Of a stretch of DNA of 37,945 nt, positions 1 to 28,400 are shown one piece after another. The notes beneath the pieces are model-generated. The model saw only the letters and a list, made by a program, of their open reading frames with translations. It made no database searches and was not told the origin of the DNA. A program made the translations under genes and the position numbers. The DNA comes from Octopus bimaculoides (taxonomy: Eukaryota). The stretch covers positions 117,042,335 through 117,080,279 of the forward strand of contig NC_068986.1 of NCBI RefSeq assembly GCF_001194135.2. The letters are read 5' to 3'. The stretch's first letter is position 1. Each line of letters opens with the position of its first letter.

Positions 1-4
1 CCAT

Positions 5-290
5 ATCATCATCATCATCATCATCGTTTAACGTCCGCCTTCCATGCTAGCATGGGTTGGACGATTTGACTGAGGACTGGTGAAACTGGATGGCAACACC
101 AGGCTCCAATCTAATTTGGCAGAGTTTCTACAGCTGGATGCCCTTCCTAACGCCAACCACTCAGAGAGTGTAGTGGGTGCTTTTACGTGTCACCCGCACG
201 AAAACAGCCACGCTCGAAATGGTGTCTTTTATGTGCCACCCGCACAAGAGCCAGTCCAGGGGCACTGGCAACGATCTCGCTCGAAAGGCA
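5..290 (-). mobile_element. SINE family B (local label; (ATG)n tail, tggttggcgttaggaagggcatccagctgtagaaac core)
   Basis: (CAT)n followed by cgtttaacgtccgccttccatgctagcatgggttggacg; repeated more than 15 times in the window; the (ATG)n tail suggests mobilisation by an RTE-type LINE (inference). Confidence 0.8.
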
Positions 291-412
291 ACAACTCAAA
301 TAACCTCATTTCCTATGCAGGTGTGTGTTTGTATTAATGCGTTGGTGATAGATTAATAGATGAATAATTAATTAGTGGTCTGTATTGTAATTTCTGTTTC
401 TTTTCTTCTCAG

Positions 413-17431
<17,019 letters not shown>

Positions 17432-17734
17432 ACAACTCTGTGTGCATTTTCTTGCACATTCATATTTTCTGTACATCCTTACACTGTATCTGTGCAGTGT
17501 TTCCGTTGTGGACTGGAGGAAAAGCTACAAGTTAGACACGTTGGCCTGTCTGTTGACTTAGTCAACTCAATGTTGGTCCTGAAACATTACAACAACACAA
17601 TACTGATACCTTCATGTCATCGTGGTCTGTGATAGTTAAAGCTGTTCTCTTGATTGTTGTAGCAGCTCCTTTCAAACAATCAACTAGTGTGTAAGAGACA
17701 TATCACAAACTCACACATACGCACGTGCAAATGA

Positions 17735-17735
<1 letters not shown>

Positions 17736-17783
<48 letters not shown>
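17736..17783. repeat. (CA)n microsatellite in the putative PI4KA 3' UTR; another at 28019-28041
   Basis: Read directly. Confidence 0.95.
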
Positions 17784-17784
<1 letters not shown>

Positions 17785-17830
17785 TACATATGAAACATGC
17801 ATATATTTCCACCACTAGTTTTTAACATAA

Positions 17831-17836
17831 AATAAA
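17831..17836 (+). terminator. Candidate proximal PI4KA polyadenylation signal AATAAA
   Basis: AATAAA 400 nt after the stop, followed 16 nt later by a genomic A14. Confidence 0.35.
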
Positions 17837-18329
17837 TTCCCCTGATATACAGAAAAAAAAAAAAAATATTGGAGACCTCCTCTTTTAAGAGTAGACATAG
17901 TCAGCAGTTAATACATATATGTATGTATGTATATAGTTTTTCAAGCTTTATTATTAGCTGGGCAGATGATAGCTGCTAAGTTGGTGAGAGAAAAGTTGCA
18001 GGTCTCCAACAATCGGGAACTATTATTATTTTTTATTTTTTTAAGCTGAAATTGTTATTTGAATGAAAGTTGTTGCCATGAGTGACCAAATTTGATCTGT
18101 TAGAATTTGGTCACTAAATATATTTCCTGGATTAAATCTTATCCACATGATAGGAAATCAACATTATTGTTTTGAAATATTTTTTAATATTTCTAAATAT
18201 TTTCTCTGTTGGTGCGTGCATTGTTCTTGTTATGATACTCTTATCAGAGATTGGTGGTGGCATCGTTGTACAACAGTTTCAAGGCCAGTATGTATATTCT
18301 TGTTGTATATTTTGTGAATAGCTACACTA

Positions 18330-18560
18330 CATCGTCATCATTCATTTCTTTTAACGTCCACTTTTCCATGCTAGCATGGGTTGGACAGTTTATTGAGGCA
18401 GATTTTCCTGTGACCTGATGCCTTTCCTGTCGCCAACCATCACCCTGTTTCCAAGCAAGGTGATATATTTCTCCTTGACCAGATGAGTTCTCGCAGAATA
18501 TTGGAAACAAATGACACTGCTTGTATGGCAGTGACACTCATTTACAACAATATTGTGATG
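18330..18560 (-). mobile_element. Family B-related SINE, older subfamily (ccctgtttccaagcaaggt..tatt motif); relatives near 10110-10310, 13180-13430, 21600-21780, 25600-25740, 37475-37630
   Basis: Shared ttttccatgctagcatgggttggacag...gatgcc.ttcctgt.gccaacc. Confidence 0.65.
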
Positions 18561-18601
18561 TCAAGAGGAGACACACACACACATAGATATGTATGTATGT
18601 T

Positions 18602-18607
<6 letters not shown>

Positions 18608-18668
<61 letters not shown>
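18608..18668. repeat. (TA)n microsatellite; others at 3641-3668 and 37917-37945
   Basis: Read directly. Confidence 0.95.
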
Positions 18669-18673
<5 letters not shown>

Positions 18674-20895
18674 CACATATGCGTGCATGTGTGTGTGTCA
18701 ATTCAGTGACTGGGAATGTTAGTCATCCTGTTATGGGTCAATGTTTTTCTTATGAACAGAAGATTACAGTTGCAGGAGGCCCTCACACATCTAAACAAAC
18801 CACTTGTCAAATAAAACGAATCATTTTACAATCATGTAAACATTGGAAGCGATTCTGATACTTCATCAAACACCTCAAACAAAATATGGTATGAATGATG
18901 GAAGTGATTTTGTTTTGCTTCTTCAGATTCAGTCCTATTTCGGTCATCTGAAAGTAGACTGGTGTGTCACCTATGGAACTGCACTTAGTATTAGGGGAGA
19001 AGAAAAGAGAATGAGGCCTGCTATGTCATGATGTGACAATAACTTCAGTTGGTAGTCTCATTTTTTTCTAAAAAGAATGCAAATAAAAACATTTTTTTTT
19101 TTCCCACAACATCTTGACCATAAACTCCCACAAAATTTATTTACAAACATTCCTGTTTAGCTGAATTTTTTTTCTTTCAATTTTGTCTTTTTACTTTTAA
19201 TGAATCTGATTTTGACTGTTTTCTCGCACAATCTTTCAAACCAGAAGCATTTCACTGTTTTAATGTTTGAGAAGAACTTTCTATCATTCACATTACCAAT
19301 TACCTCTTTCGCTTTGGAGCAAATTCCAAATGGTTTCTTTTATATATTTGTTTATTGTTTAGATACAATTCTGTTTTTGTTTTTCACAATATTTCACTTG
19401 TTTTCAGAAATAACTCCATGACATTTTATTTTCTCCATTTTGTCTCTCAGAAATACCTGTCTAGTCTCTTGATGGGACCATGATTTCCAGTTATACAGAG
19501 AAACAAGATTCAAAATTATTTAATTTGATTAATTTATTTGTCATCAATCAATATGTGGAGAAAGTAAGTTTATTCCAAAGTTGGTATTCATCAGATACAT
19601 TTCTAGAAAGTCTTTCACATTTTACTTCTCATTTGTTCTGGCAAGAAATCTTTTGGGTTAAATGTCTATATATCACTTTCTCCTCAATAATAGTTATGTC
19701 TCTGAAAAAATGATTTTCAACAACTTTGTCTTACAGCTGTATAGAGTGAAGACAGGTTGTGTGTTATATCTGTATCAGTCTCAAGTAAAATTTTCATCAA
19801 TATTCTACCTGTATATTCGTCTTCCAATTTTAACAATTTCTAAACATGTAACTTAACATGAATTTTTTTTTTTTTTTTAAGATAAATCCAACTTGTGTTG
19901 AATATTTGATCTGTCTCCTTAGAATTGTCACATTTTTTTATTGTTGTAACTTCATGGTCTTTATTTCAGATCTTTTCCTTCTCTTATTATAAAGACTAAA
20001 TTTGAAATTAAATATTTATCTTACCTGTATGATTCAAAGGAATTTAGACTTTAAGGCTAAAATCTGGTGTGATTATTTCCCAGTCAGAAACTTGGTGAAT
20101 GTTTTCATTTAAAACAAAAACAATCAAGTCTTATTACATTTTTTTTGTTAATATTTTCATGTTATTTGTGACTTTTTAAAAATGATTGCTTCACCTGTTA
20201 ATTTAGTTCTGCAGGTGATACAGCTTTAATTCTCCAGTAGAATTTTAAAAATCAGTTTATTATTTAGTAGTTGAAAATTTATTCTTATGACTGATCTTGG
20301 GGTTAGCAAAATGGTTGTCAAGTCCTTATAAATACAGTACTTCTTGTAATTCATCTTTTTCCATCTTAGACATCATGTAATGAACTCATTTCCTTTCATT
20401 TGTTGATTATATTTTTTAAGAAAAATCATTGACTAATGATAGTTTTGAATACCATTTTGTTAAATTTCATGAATCAGATTCTATGAAACAATGTTGTTGA
20501 ATCCCTAGAAACGGAACTGTTTGGTCACAAAGTGTCAAGTGTAAAGATGCTTAGTGTATGTTTAAAGAACAAAGTCTATCCAACATGATTTATCCATAAA
20601 ACTGTTTTACTTTCTTCCTTTAAATTTTCTCCCATTTCATAGTCATTGACTTTGTTTTTGACAAATTAAAAGAACTGCAATTCTTTATGTAATGACATTT
20701 TAATTGCAAACATGACAGAATATATTTCTAAACAGATGTACATCAGGTGACAGAGATAAGCTATTTTATTTTGTGCTGATTTTAAACTGTGACAAAAGTC
20801 TACCATTAATGCTTGTCTTTTCTATCAGTCTTTCTTCTGTATGAAATGATCCAACAATGATTTCACTTCACCTTATATTATTTTCCCTTCTTTAA

Positions 20896-21116
20896 CCCTT
20901 TTGATACCAACCCGGCTGAAACCACCTCTGGCTCTGAGTACAATTGTCTTGTTTTCATAAGTTTTGAATTAAAATCTTCCACTAAACCTTAGTCACAATT
21001 TATGTTCCTAACACTAGCTGAATGATAACTATGTTATTTTACTAAATTCTTTGTTATATTTAAAATTAATTGAAAGAAACACAGAGCATCTCAAAATAAA
21101 TACAGTAACGAAAGGG
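20896..21116 (-). mobile_element. piggyBac-like non-autonomous MITE (221 bp)
   Basis: TTAA|CCCTTT...AAAGGG|TTAA; same sequence as the copies at 32808 and 33049 in reverse orientation. Confidence 0.8.
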
Positions 21117-21246
21117 TTAAGTAATATATTTTTAATGCAGAACTGATTTTCAGTGTTTAACTGGACAAGTATCTTGGTACACAAGGTAAATAAGTTCTGA
21201 CTTTTTATTTTAATAACATATCTTATTCTGTTGGCTTTGTTTAACT

Positions 21247-21252
21247 AATAAA
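21247..21252 (+). terminator. Candidate distal PI4KA polyadenylation signal AATAAA
   Basis: AATAAA at the end of a long U-rich, TE-poor stretch, just before SINE density resumes. Confidence 0.3.
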
Positions 21253-21399
21253 AGCTGTTGTAACTAACACACCTGAACAGCAACAGGTCCTTGTTTACCA
21301 TTTTTATACAATTTTAACTACTTGCCTCTAAAACTGTAATTATGTAAATTAGCTTATTAAAATTAACTCTCAAAGCCAACATAAATTAGCATCTTTGAC

Positions 21400-21570
21400 A
21401 AACATGTCTCTGTAGTTACGTTTGCTTCTTCCCAACCACGTAGTTTTGAGTTCAGTCCTGCTGTAGCACCTTGGGTAAGAGTGTCTTCTTCTATAACTCT
21501 GAGCTGACCAACTCCTTGTGAGAGGATTTGGTTGACAGAAACTGAAAGAAGCCCAGTGTGTGTGTCTGTC
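21400..21570 (+). mobile_element. SINE family A, 5' fragment
   Basis: gttcagtcctgctgtagcaccttgggtaagagtgtcttc...actgaaagaagccc. Confidence 0.65.
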
Positions 21571-22044
21571 TTGACATTGCATGAGATTTGTTAATGCGTA
21601 TCGGTCGTAGAAGCAGTGTCATTCATTCCTGGTATTCTGTGCGGATATGTCTGGCTGTGGGAAAATATTCCCTTGCTTGGAAACAGGTGAGGGTTGGTGA
21701 CAAGAAGGGCATCCACCTGTAGAAAATCTGCCTCACTAAACTCCTCAACTCAGTCTGGTCATGCTAGCATGGAAATGACAATAATATATACATACGCACA
21801 TGTGAAATCATTATCATTTAACACCCAATTTTACATTTTTGCATGAGTCAAGTGGAATTCATCGTAGCAAATTTTCTATGGCCTTTCTTGTTGCTACTTC
21901 TGACTTGTTTCCAAATAAGGTAATATTTCCCCATAGCCAGGCATTTTTTCAGAAAACTGGTAATGAACGACACTGCTTATATGACAGTGACACTCATTTA
22001 CAACCACTATGTGATGTCAAGTCAAAGAGAGATAAACACACACA

Positions 22045-22200
22045 AAACAGGTTTCTTTCAGTTTCTGTCTTCCAAATTCACTCACAAGGTGTTCGTTAAC
22101 CTGTGGCTGTAGTAGAAGACACTTGCTCAAGGTACCACATAGTGGGACTGAACCTGAGACTACATGGTTGGAAGCAAATTTCTTAGTCATACATCTATGC
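22045..22200 (-). mobile_element. SINE family A, 5' fragment
   Basis: Reverse complement of the family A head (ttctttcagtttctgtcttccaaattcactcacaagg...gtgggactgaacc). Confidence 0.7.
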
Positions 22201-24459
22201 TTGCACTTACATCTTGTGTGTAATGTTTTCTTTCCAAGTTCCCTTACTACATTTCCTTTTCTGTCACTTCTAGTAGAGAATTCAATCTCAATTTGGTAAA
22301 CCATCAAAGTAAACATTAATTTCTACTTCATTAGTTCAGCACATCGTTATTGTTTGTTCTCATTTGCTCTACTGTAAGGTGAATAAGGTCAAAGACGGAG
22401 AACTAGGCATTAGTGTAAGCCTAAAGATGGTATTCCATCAAAATGAAAACCCTTCAATCATCTAGCTAGGCTAATACTAATTTATTCCAATCAGTCTGTG
22501 TCACCCTGCCCCCACCTCAAACACTTATACAAATTTCTGCTACTAAAACATTAGTAACAAGCCCTCAGTAATGAGTTAATTAATATACATAAATTAATCA
22601 ACTATGAAATGACCAAGTAATTAGCAATCACATGAAGTTTCCAGTGTTTGTCATTAGCCTCATCTTTGTACATTAGAAGACTTGAAATGTTGTACAATTG
22701 TCCCTTTTAAAATTTCACACATGGAAATTTAATAAAATCATTTGAAATATTTTAAATACTATTTTCTTCATTCAGTTAGTATTGTTTTCATATTTAACAA
22801 TTGCTCAACAATGTTTAATAAAGATCTCATCCTTTATGTAAAGATTGTAATATAGGCTGTTGAAGTTACTCTCACCCACCCCAATATATTACTGTTAGTT
22901 AGTGTAATGATTCCAAGGTGGTGAAATGTAATCTTAACTTTAATAAGATTTGAACTCAGAACAATAAAGTAACCAACTAGTTATGTTACTCTCTTAACTA
23001 TTGCTTCAACCACTTGCGTTTTCACAAATGTAATATTAATTCACTTGTTCGGAACATCTTAGAAACTTTTTTTTAATAGAAAACTCAAATTCTGTTAAAT
23101 AGTTTGAGATTGGGGCTGGAAGGAGTACCATTCACTAAATATTTGTATTTCATGAAGATACTCAAAGGAATGGTTAAATCACACAACCTTCTTAAAAAAT
23201 ACATTCTCTGGGATATTAAAATGTCTAAATCTTATGTTGATGTGAAGCCTAATAATTTTGAGTTTATAGACTATTTAAATACCACAAGTTTTAAGCATAG
23301 CTACCTTGTAAGAATAAGTGCTAAATGGGCAAGACAATTGATTAATATTCAACAGTATAGAAGCATCTTATTAATTAAATATTTAATTAGAAACTGGGTT
23401 CTTTTATTTCATTATTTCTGGTGTTGGACTGGCAGAAGCAGTAGAGTGTCAGACAAAATGCTTATATTTGTCTCTGAATCCTTTTTACATTCTAAGTTCA
23501 AATCATGCCAGAGTTGATTTTACCTTTCATTGTCCAGGGCTGATAAAATAAGTACCGGTGAAGGAGAGGGGTTACTTTTATAATTCTTCCTTACAATTCA
23601 AGGTCTTATCCATCCAGTTACATTAGAAACCAATATTTCTATGGCTCTGTACATCTGCACATGGAATGGTTTTGTAGAATTATTTTTACTACTTTTTCAA
23701 GGTTTCTCTGATGATCTATAATCATGAAGTGAAATATTCACAAAGATAAATTATTGAATCAAATTTAATTTTTTGTCATCCTAGTTGTGTGGCTTCTATC
23801 TTAGGATTTTGTACTATTATAAAAATTTGCTTAAAGATAGAATACATACACAACTGCTGTAGACCTTTGAACAATCAGATTGTTGTGAGATCATTTATTA
23901 TTTTCTGATTACAACTTTTTTTTAAAAATAATTTACTGCTAAGATTTTCAGTAAAAAATTATATTAGATTTTATGAATCATGAATTTGAGACTGAAAACA
24001 GCAACAGGCCCACAGATGAGACTCAAATAACATCTGTTTATTGTTAAGTGTATTACTGATTTCAATATAGAAAGGCTCTTACAATTTCCTCTTTCTCCAA
24101 TGAGATGTTTAACCCTTTTGTTAGCAAACTTCTGCTGAAATAACTTTCATTAAGCTGCCATTTGGAGCATAAATTAACATGTTTTGATGGTAGGCTTTTT
24201 TTTTTTTTATTTAGATCACTTTAAAAACAGAAGTTTTTGTTATAGAATCAAAAGCAGGTTGGTACCCAAAGTAAAAAAAAAAATGTAATTTTTTCCCTGT
24301 TATTTCTATGTCCCAAAGATAATTGAACAGTTATTTATTTAGCCTAGCAAACTGAAATATATGTAAATTTCTTATAGGTTTATGTTCAACATAGAAAGTG
24401 TTCCATGAATCAAATTATGAACTGAATTGACCAATAAAATTATTATTAATCAAATACTA

Positions 24460-24576
24460 NNNNNNNNNNNNNNNNNNNNNNNNNNNNNNNNNNNNNNNNN
24501 NNNNNNNNNNNNNNNNNNNNNNNNNNNNNNNNNNNNNNNNNNNNNNNNNNNNNNNNNNNNNNNNNNNNNNNNNNNN
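24460..24576. other. Assembly gap (117 N)
   Basis: Run of n counted directly. Confidence 0.99.
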
Positions 24577-24963
24577 AAATAGTTTTTCTTTAATTTTCTT
24601 TTTATATAATATATTTTCAAAGATCTTCTCCATCCTTCCTTCCACACTTCTTTTGTTTTAATGTTATTTACAAGTGGTTGATTTTCACCATAAACTAATT
24701 TTAGAATAACTGATTGTCATCAGGAATGTAATGTTAGTTCTGTCTCACTGACAACATAATGAGAAAATTATTGCTTATTGTTTTAAGGCATTGTTATCAA
24801 GACCTGACAATTGTTGACATGTTACAGAATGTGAAATATCTTAAGGCCTACATTTTGTGACTAAATAAAAAAAAAATGCTTGAAAAAATTGAAAAACAAA
24901 AACTTTCTCCTTTGAGATTTAATTTCTTATTAATATCAAATGAATTTTTTTTTCATTTTGTCT

Positions 24964-24974
24964 TTTATTTTATT
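24964..24974 (-). terminator. Candidate polyadenylation signals (overlapping AATAAA x2) of the sulfurtransferase
   Basis: tttatt on plus at 24964-24969 and 24969-24974, about 400 nt past the stop; AT-rich context makes chance hits common. Confidence 0.35.
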
Positions 24975-25373
24975 TTATATTCAGCAACACACTACAGTCG
25001 TTTGGTTATAAAAAAAATCTTTATAACGATAACCAATATTCGAATTTGTAAAAATTATAGCAAACATAAGAAAAATGGATATGAAAATAATTTAAACAGT
25101 ATAAAATAAATTCTTAATCTTGGTCTTAAAACCAGATCAATATGACGGATTATATCAAAGCTGGTGATCATTTCTACAGGTGTGGCAGTAATTTGCTCTT
25201 GTGAAGCTGATTTTTTTACTTCAACGAAAGTTACTGACCTCTTTTTCTTGGGTGAAAACAAATCACAAAAGCAAATTTAAATAAAAAGTTTCTAAAATAT
25301 CTTTGTATAATTTCGGATCACACTTTAAATTACTTTCAAAAAGATTCTGCACTATAACTTGGAATTTCCAAGA

Positions 25374-25424
25374 TTAAATGATTTGTTTGGAATCAGCTCT
25401 CTGAGACCATTCATGCCAAGAACC
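25374..25424 (-). CDS. Sulfurtransferase terminal exon (GSWHEWSQRADSKQII*)
   Basis: tttcag acceptor; completes the rhodanese C-terminal signature; TAA at 25376-25374. Confidence 0.94.
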   Translation of the reverse strand, partial: GSWHEWSQRADSKQII

Positions 25425-28400
25425 CTGAAATTAGGAACAAAAAATTGGTTTGAGGGTTAATTCAGAATTGTACAGACATCTTTTATGTAAATACAGGTCA
25501 ACAGGAAAGTTAAATTACTTTATAGGAAATAGAGAAAAATATCAGTTGAGTGATGAGATATTGGGATGAAGCAATTTGTTTTAATGTAATTTAAGAATCC
25601 CTATTGTTTGCTGTCTACTTCATGCTTACATGGGTCAGACAGAATTTGTTGAAGCAGATATTTTTCTATGTCTGGATGCTCTTCCTGTTGCCAACCCTCT
25701 CTTGTTTCCAAGTACGGTAATATTTCCATTTCATAGATTGGAAATGAATGCCATTTGTTTATAATAACCATACAATATTTAGACAAAGGTCCCCTGCAAA
25801 AACACTCAAACATATGTGCAAGGGGTTTCTTTCAGGTAATTTAGTGCCAACACCCTTTGGCCTCATTTCCTGGTAAGAATTTATCTGAATTGTCTTTGCC
25901 AGAAAGGTAGGCAATGAGGTGTTTGGTTGGTTTCTTAAAAGGTGTGTTGCAAATTGTTAGATCAACTGCATCACAAAACTCCAAGGCCTTATACCTGCCT
26001 AATTTCTGAAGCTGTAACTATAGACTCCATGTGCATCATGAAAGCCATCCATGTGTTTAACACCATGTCCATAGAAGCCATTAGCTACAAGATCATAGTC
26101 ACTGACTGTTGAGGTAGTCTGCAGAAGACTCTCATAAAAGTGACCCTTCTGGTGTTCCATCAGTGAGGTATACGTCAAGATAAATGTTGCTACTGTGCTA
26201 CCTCTAATTAGACTTAATTATCCTGTTACACACTCCTACAACTTCCATTGCCTTATCTATCCATCTCTCAGCAAACAGGATACCTCTGTCATCACTATTG
26301 CTCACCCAAGAGAGTTTGAACTGCTATCTTCTACCCTGAGGAATTTGGGGAGAATAAAAAATGGTTTCTATTTTACTCCCCCCACTCAATCTCAACTCTC
26401 TGCGCCACTTTCTTGTACCTTGAAAGTAAAACCTTATGCCTCATCTCTGCGTGTTTTTGCTCCTCTTTCCTGCTTTAGCCTCTCAATATCTGAACCCCCC
26501 TCCCCCACATTAAAGGATCTTGTCTTGTGAGTTACTTAGTGACCTCACAAGTGGCAGTGTCACAAAAAAAAAAAGGGCATCCAGCCATAGAAACCATGTC
26601 AAAGCAGATGCTGAAGACCAACAGAGCTGTCAGTTTAGTTGGATCCTGTTGAACTGCCCAACCCATTGTTAGTAATGGAATACGGATGTTGAATGATGAT
26701 GGAGCAGGCAAAAATGTTGGTAGTTAGCAACAGTTAAGAGTTGAAGTATTTCCTGGCCTGTTGAGAAGGAGGACACATTATAAGAGGATATAAATACTTG
26801 ACGAAATACTAAGTAACTTTATACAACCGATTCATTTGTGCTGCTGAGTCAAAAGAAATTAATAAAATTCATTTGTAAAAAGACAGAAGTACAATTGAAG
26901 AACTTACCAAATAGACGGTGATTTCTTCTTTACCAAGCATTTCTGCAGCAGCAGCAACGCCACAAGCAGTTACTCCCGTTTGACACGTACAAATTAAAGG
27001 TTTCCCAAGAGAAACTCCAGAAGCTGTAAACACTGAATTGGAAAAAAAAGAAAAAGAAATAGTTTAGAACAGAAAGAACAACAGTGTTTTCACAAAAACC
27101 TATTTGATAACATAAAAGAATTCTAAAAATAAAAATGAATATATATTCCACATACAAATATGTCAAATTCTCAAACTTTTACAGAGAGAGATGTTGGTCC
27201 TGCTACATGGGGAAAACAAGAACGGTGAGGTTACAACATAGCCAAAGTCATTAATCATTATCATCATCATCATCATCATTTAGCACCTTCCTTTCATGCT
27301 GAAATGGATCGGACAGTTTGACAGGATTCAGCAAGCTGGAGAACTGCATCAAACTCCAGTGTTGGTTTTGGTATAGTTTTTATGCCTGGATTCCCAACAC
27401 CGACTACTTTACAAAATGTGACACCAGCATTAATGAGGTTACCAAATAGCTTGCAAGACAAAGAAAAAGCCTTAACAGATTGGAGGTGTGGTATTGAGGG
27501 AAGGAACGTGTCTTACTATAGAGGAGGCATGTGGATACCCTGCAAAGAATTAGTGGGTGTAACTGGCAAGAAGACAAAAATGGTGGTGACCAAGTGTCAC
27601 CACCATCATTAGTAATTTGTGTGAAAGGTTATTTCTTCCTTGAGGTCATTCAACTTTACAAATAATCGTCTATTTAGATCTACATTACCCAATGTCTATT
27701 TCAGGGACAGTATATCTAGGACTGCATTATCTAAAGTGCCCTTTAGATACGTAATTAATTATCTTTCAGACTCAGTATGTTTAGGATGACATTAATTGTT
27801 GCGTTGTTTAAACAGGGTGTATCTCAGACTCCATTACCAATAGACTTCTAACAAGCTTGTCTGTAGTTCCCTGTGATTATGTCAATAACTGAGACAAGGG
27901 ATTTTCTCAGCAAATATCAAAATACCAATCCCTGAAATTCTTATTTGAAAACAATGTTTTGCAAGTTTTCTAGCCAATGTTTACAGTGTTTGTAATATAC
28001 ATTGCCAAAATATATGTACACACACACACACACACACACACAATGGAAAAGTTAGGTTTCACACAAGTAAATTTATATATAAAAAAAAATAAAAAAAGAG
28101 AAAATGCTTTGAGAACTTTATCCTGGGTAGACACAAAAAAAGTATTAACATTTTTATCAAAATAAGCTACCAGTTTCAATTGCTTAAAAAGAATTTATTC
28201 ATGCTGAAATAAAAAGAAGAGATACTAAAATAAATTGAATTAATCTTTCCTGATATCAGTTCTAGTATTTCACATTTTTTTCTTAAATATTTACATGGTA
28301 CTGGTGTTTTATTTTTTTCTGAGTGATGCTGGGTTATGATGGTATTAGCACCAGGATGTCCTTTTAAAAGTAATAACAGCAGGAGTGGGTGTTTGTAGCA

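Noticed and set aside
80-337. Recurrent ORFs containing LDALPNANHSESVVGAF (also 7272, 12040, 12655, 36951, 14820)
   Set aside because: Translations of the family B SINE core, not a protein family; frames break differently in each copy.
24450-24647. ORFs with X runs
   Set aside because: Artefacts of the N gap.
25055-25261. 68-aa minus ORF with basic N-terminus and hydrophobic C-terminus
   Set aside because: Lies just past the sulfurtransferase stop in its presumptive 3' UTR, has a non-ATG start, no suitable acceptor at its start and no recognisable homology.
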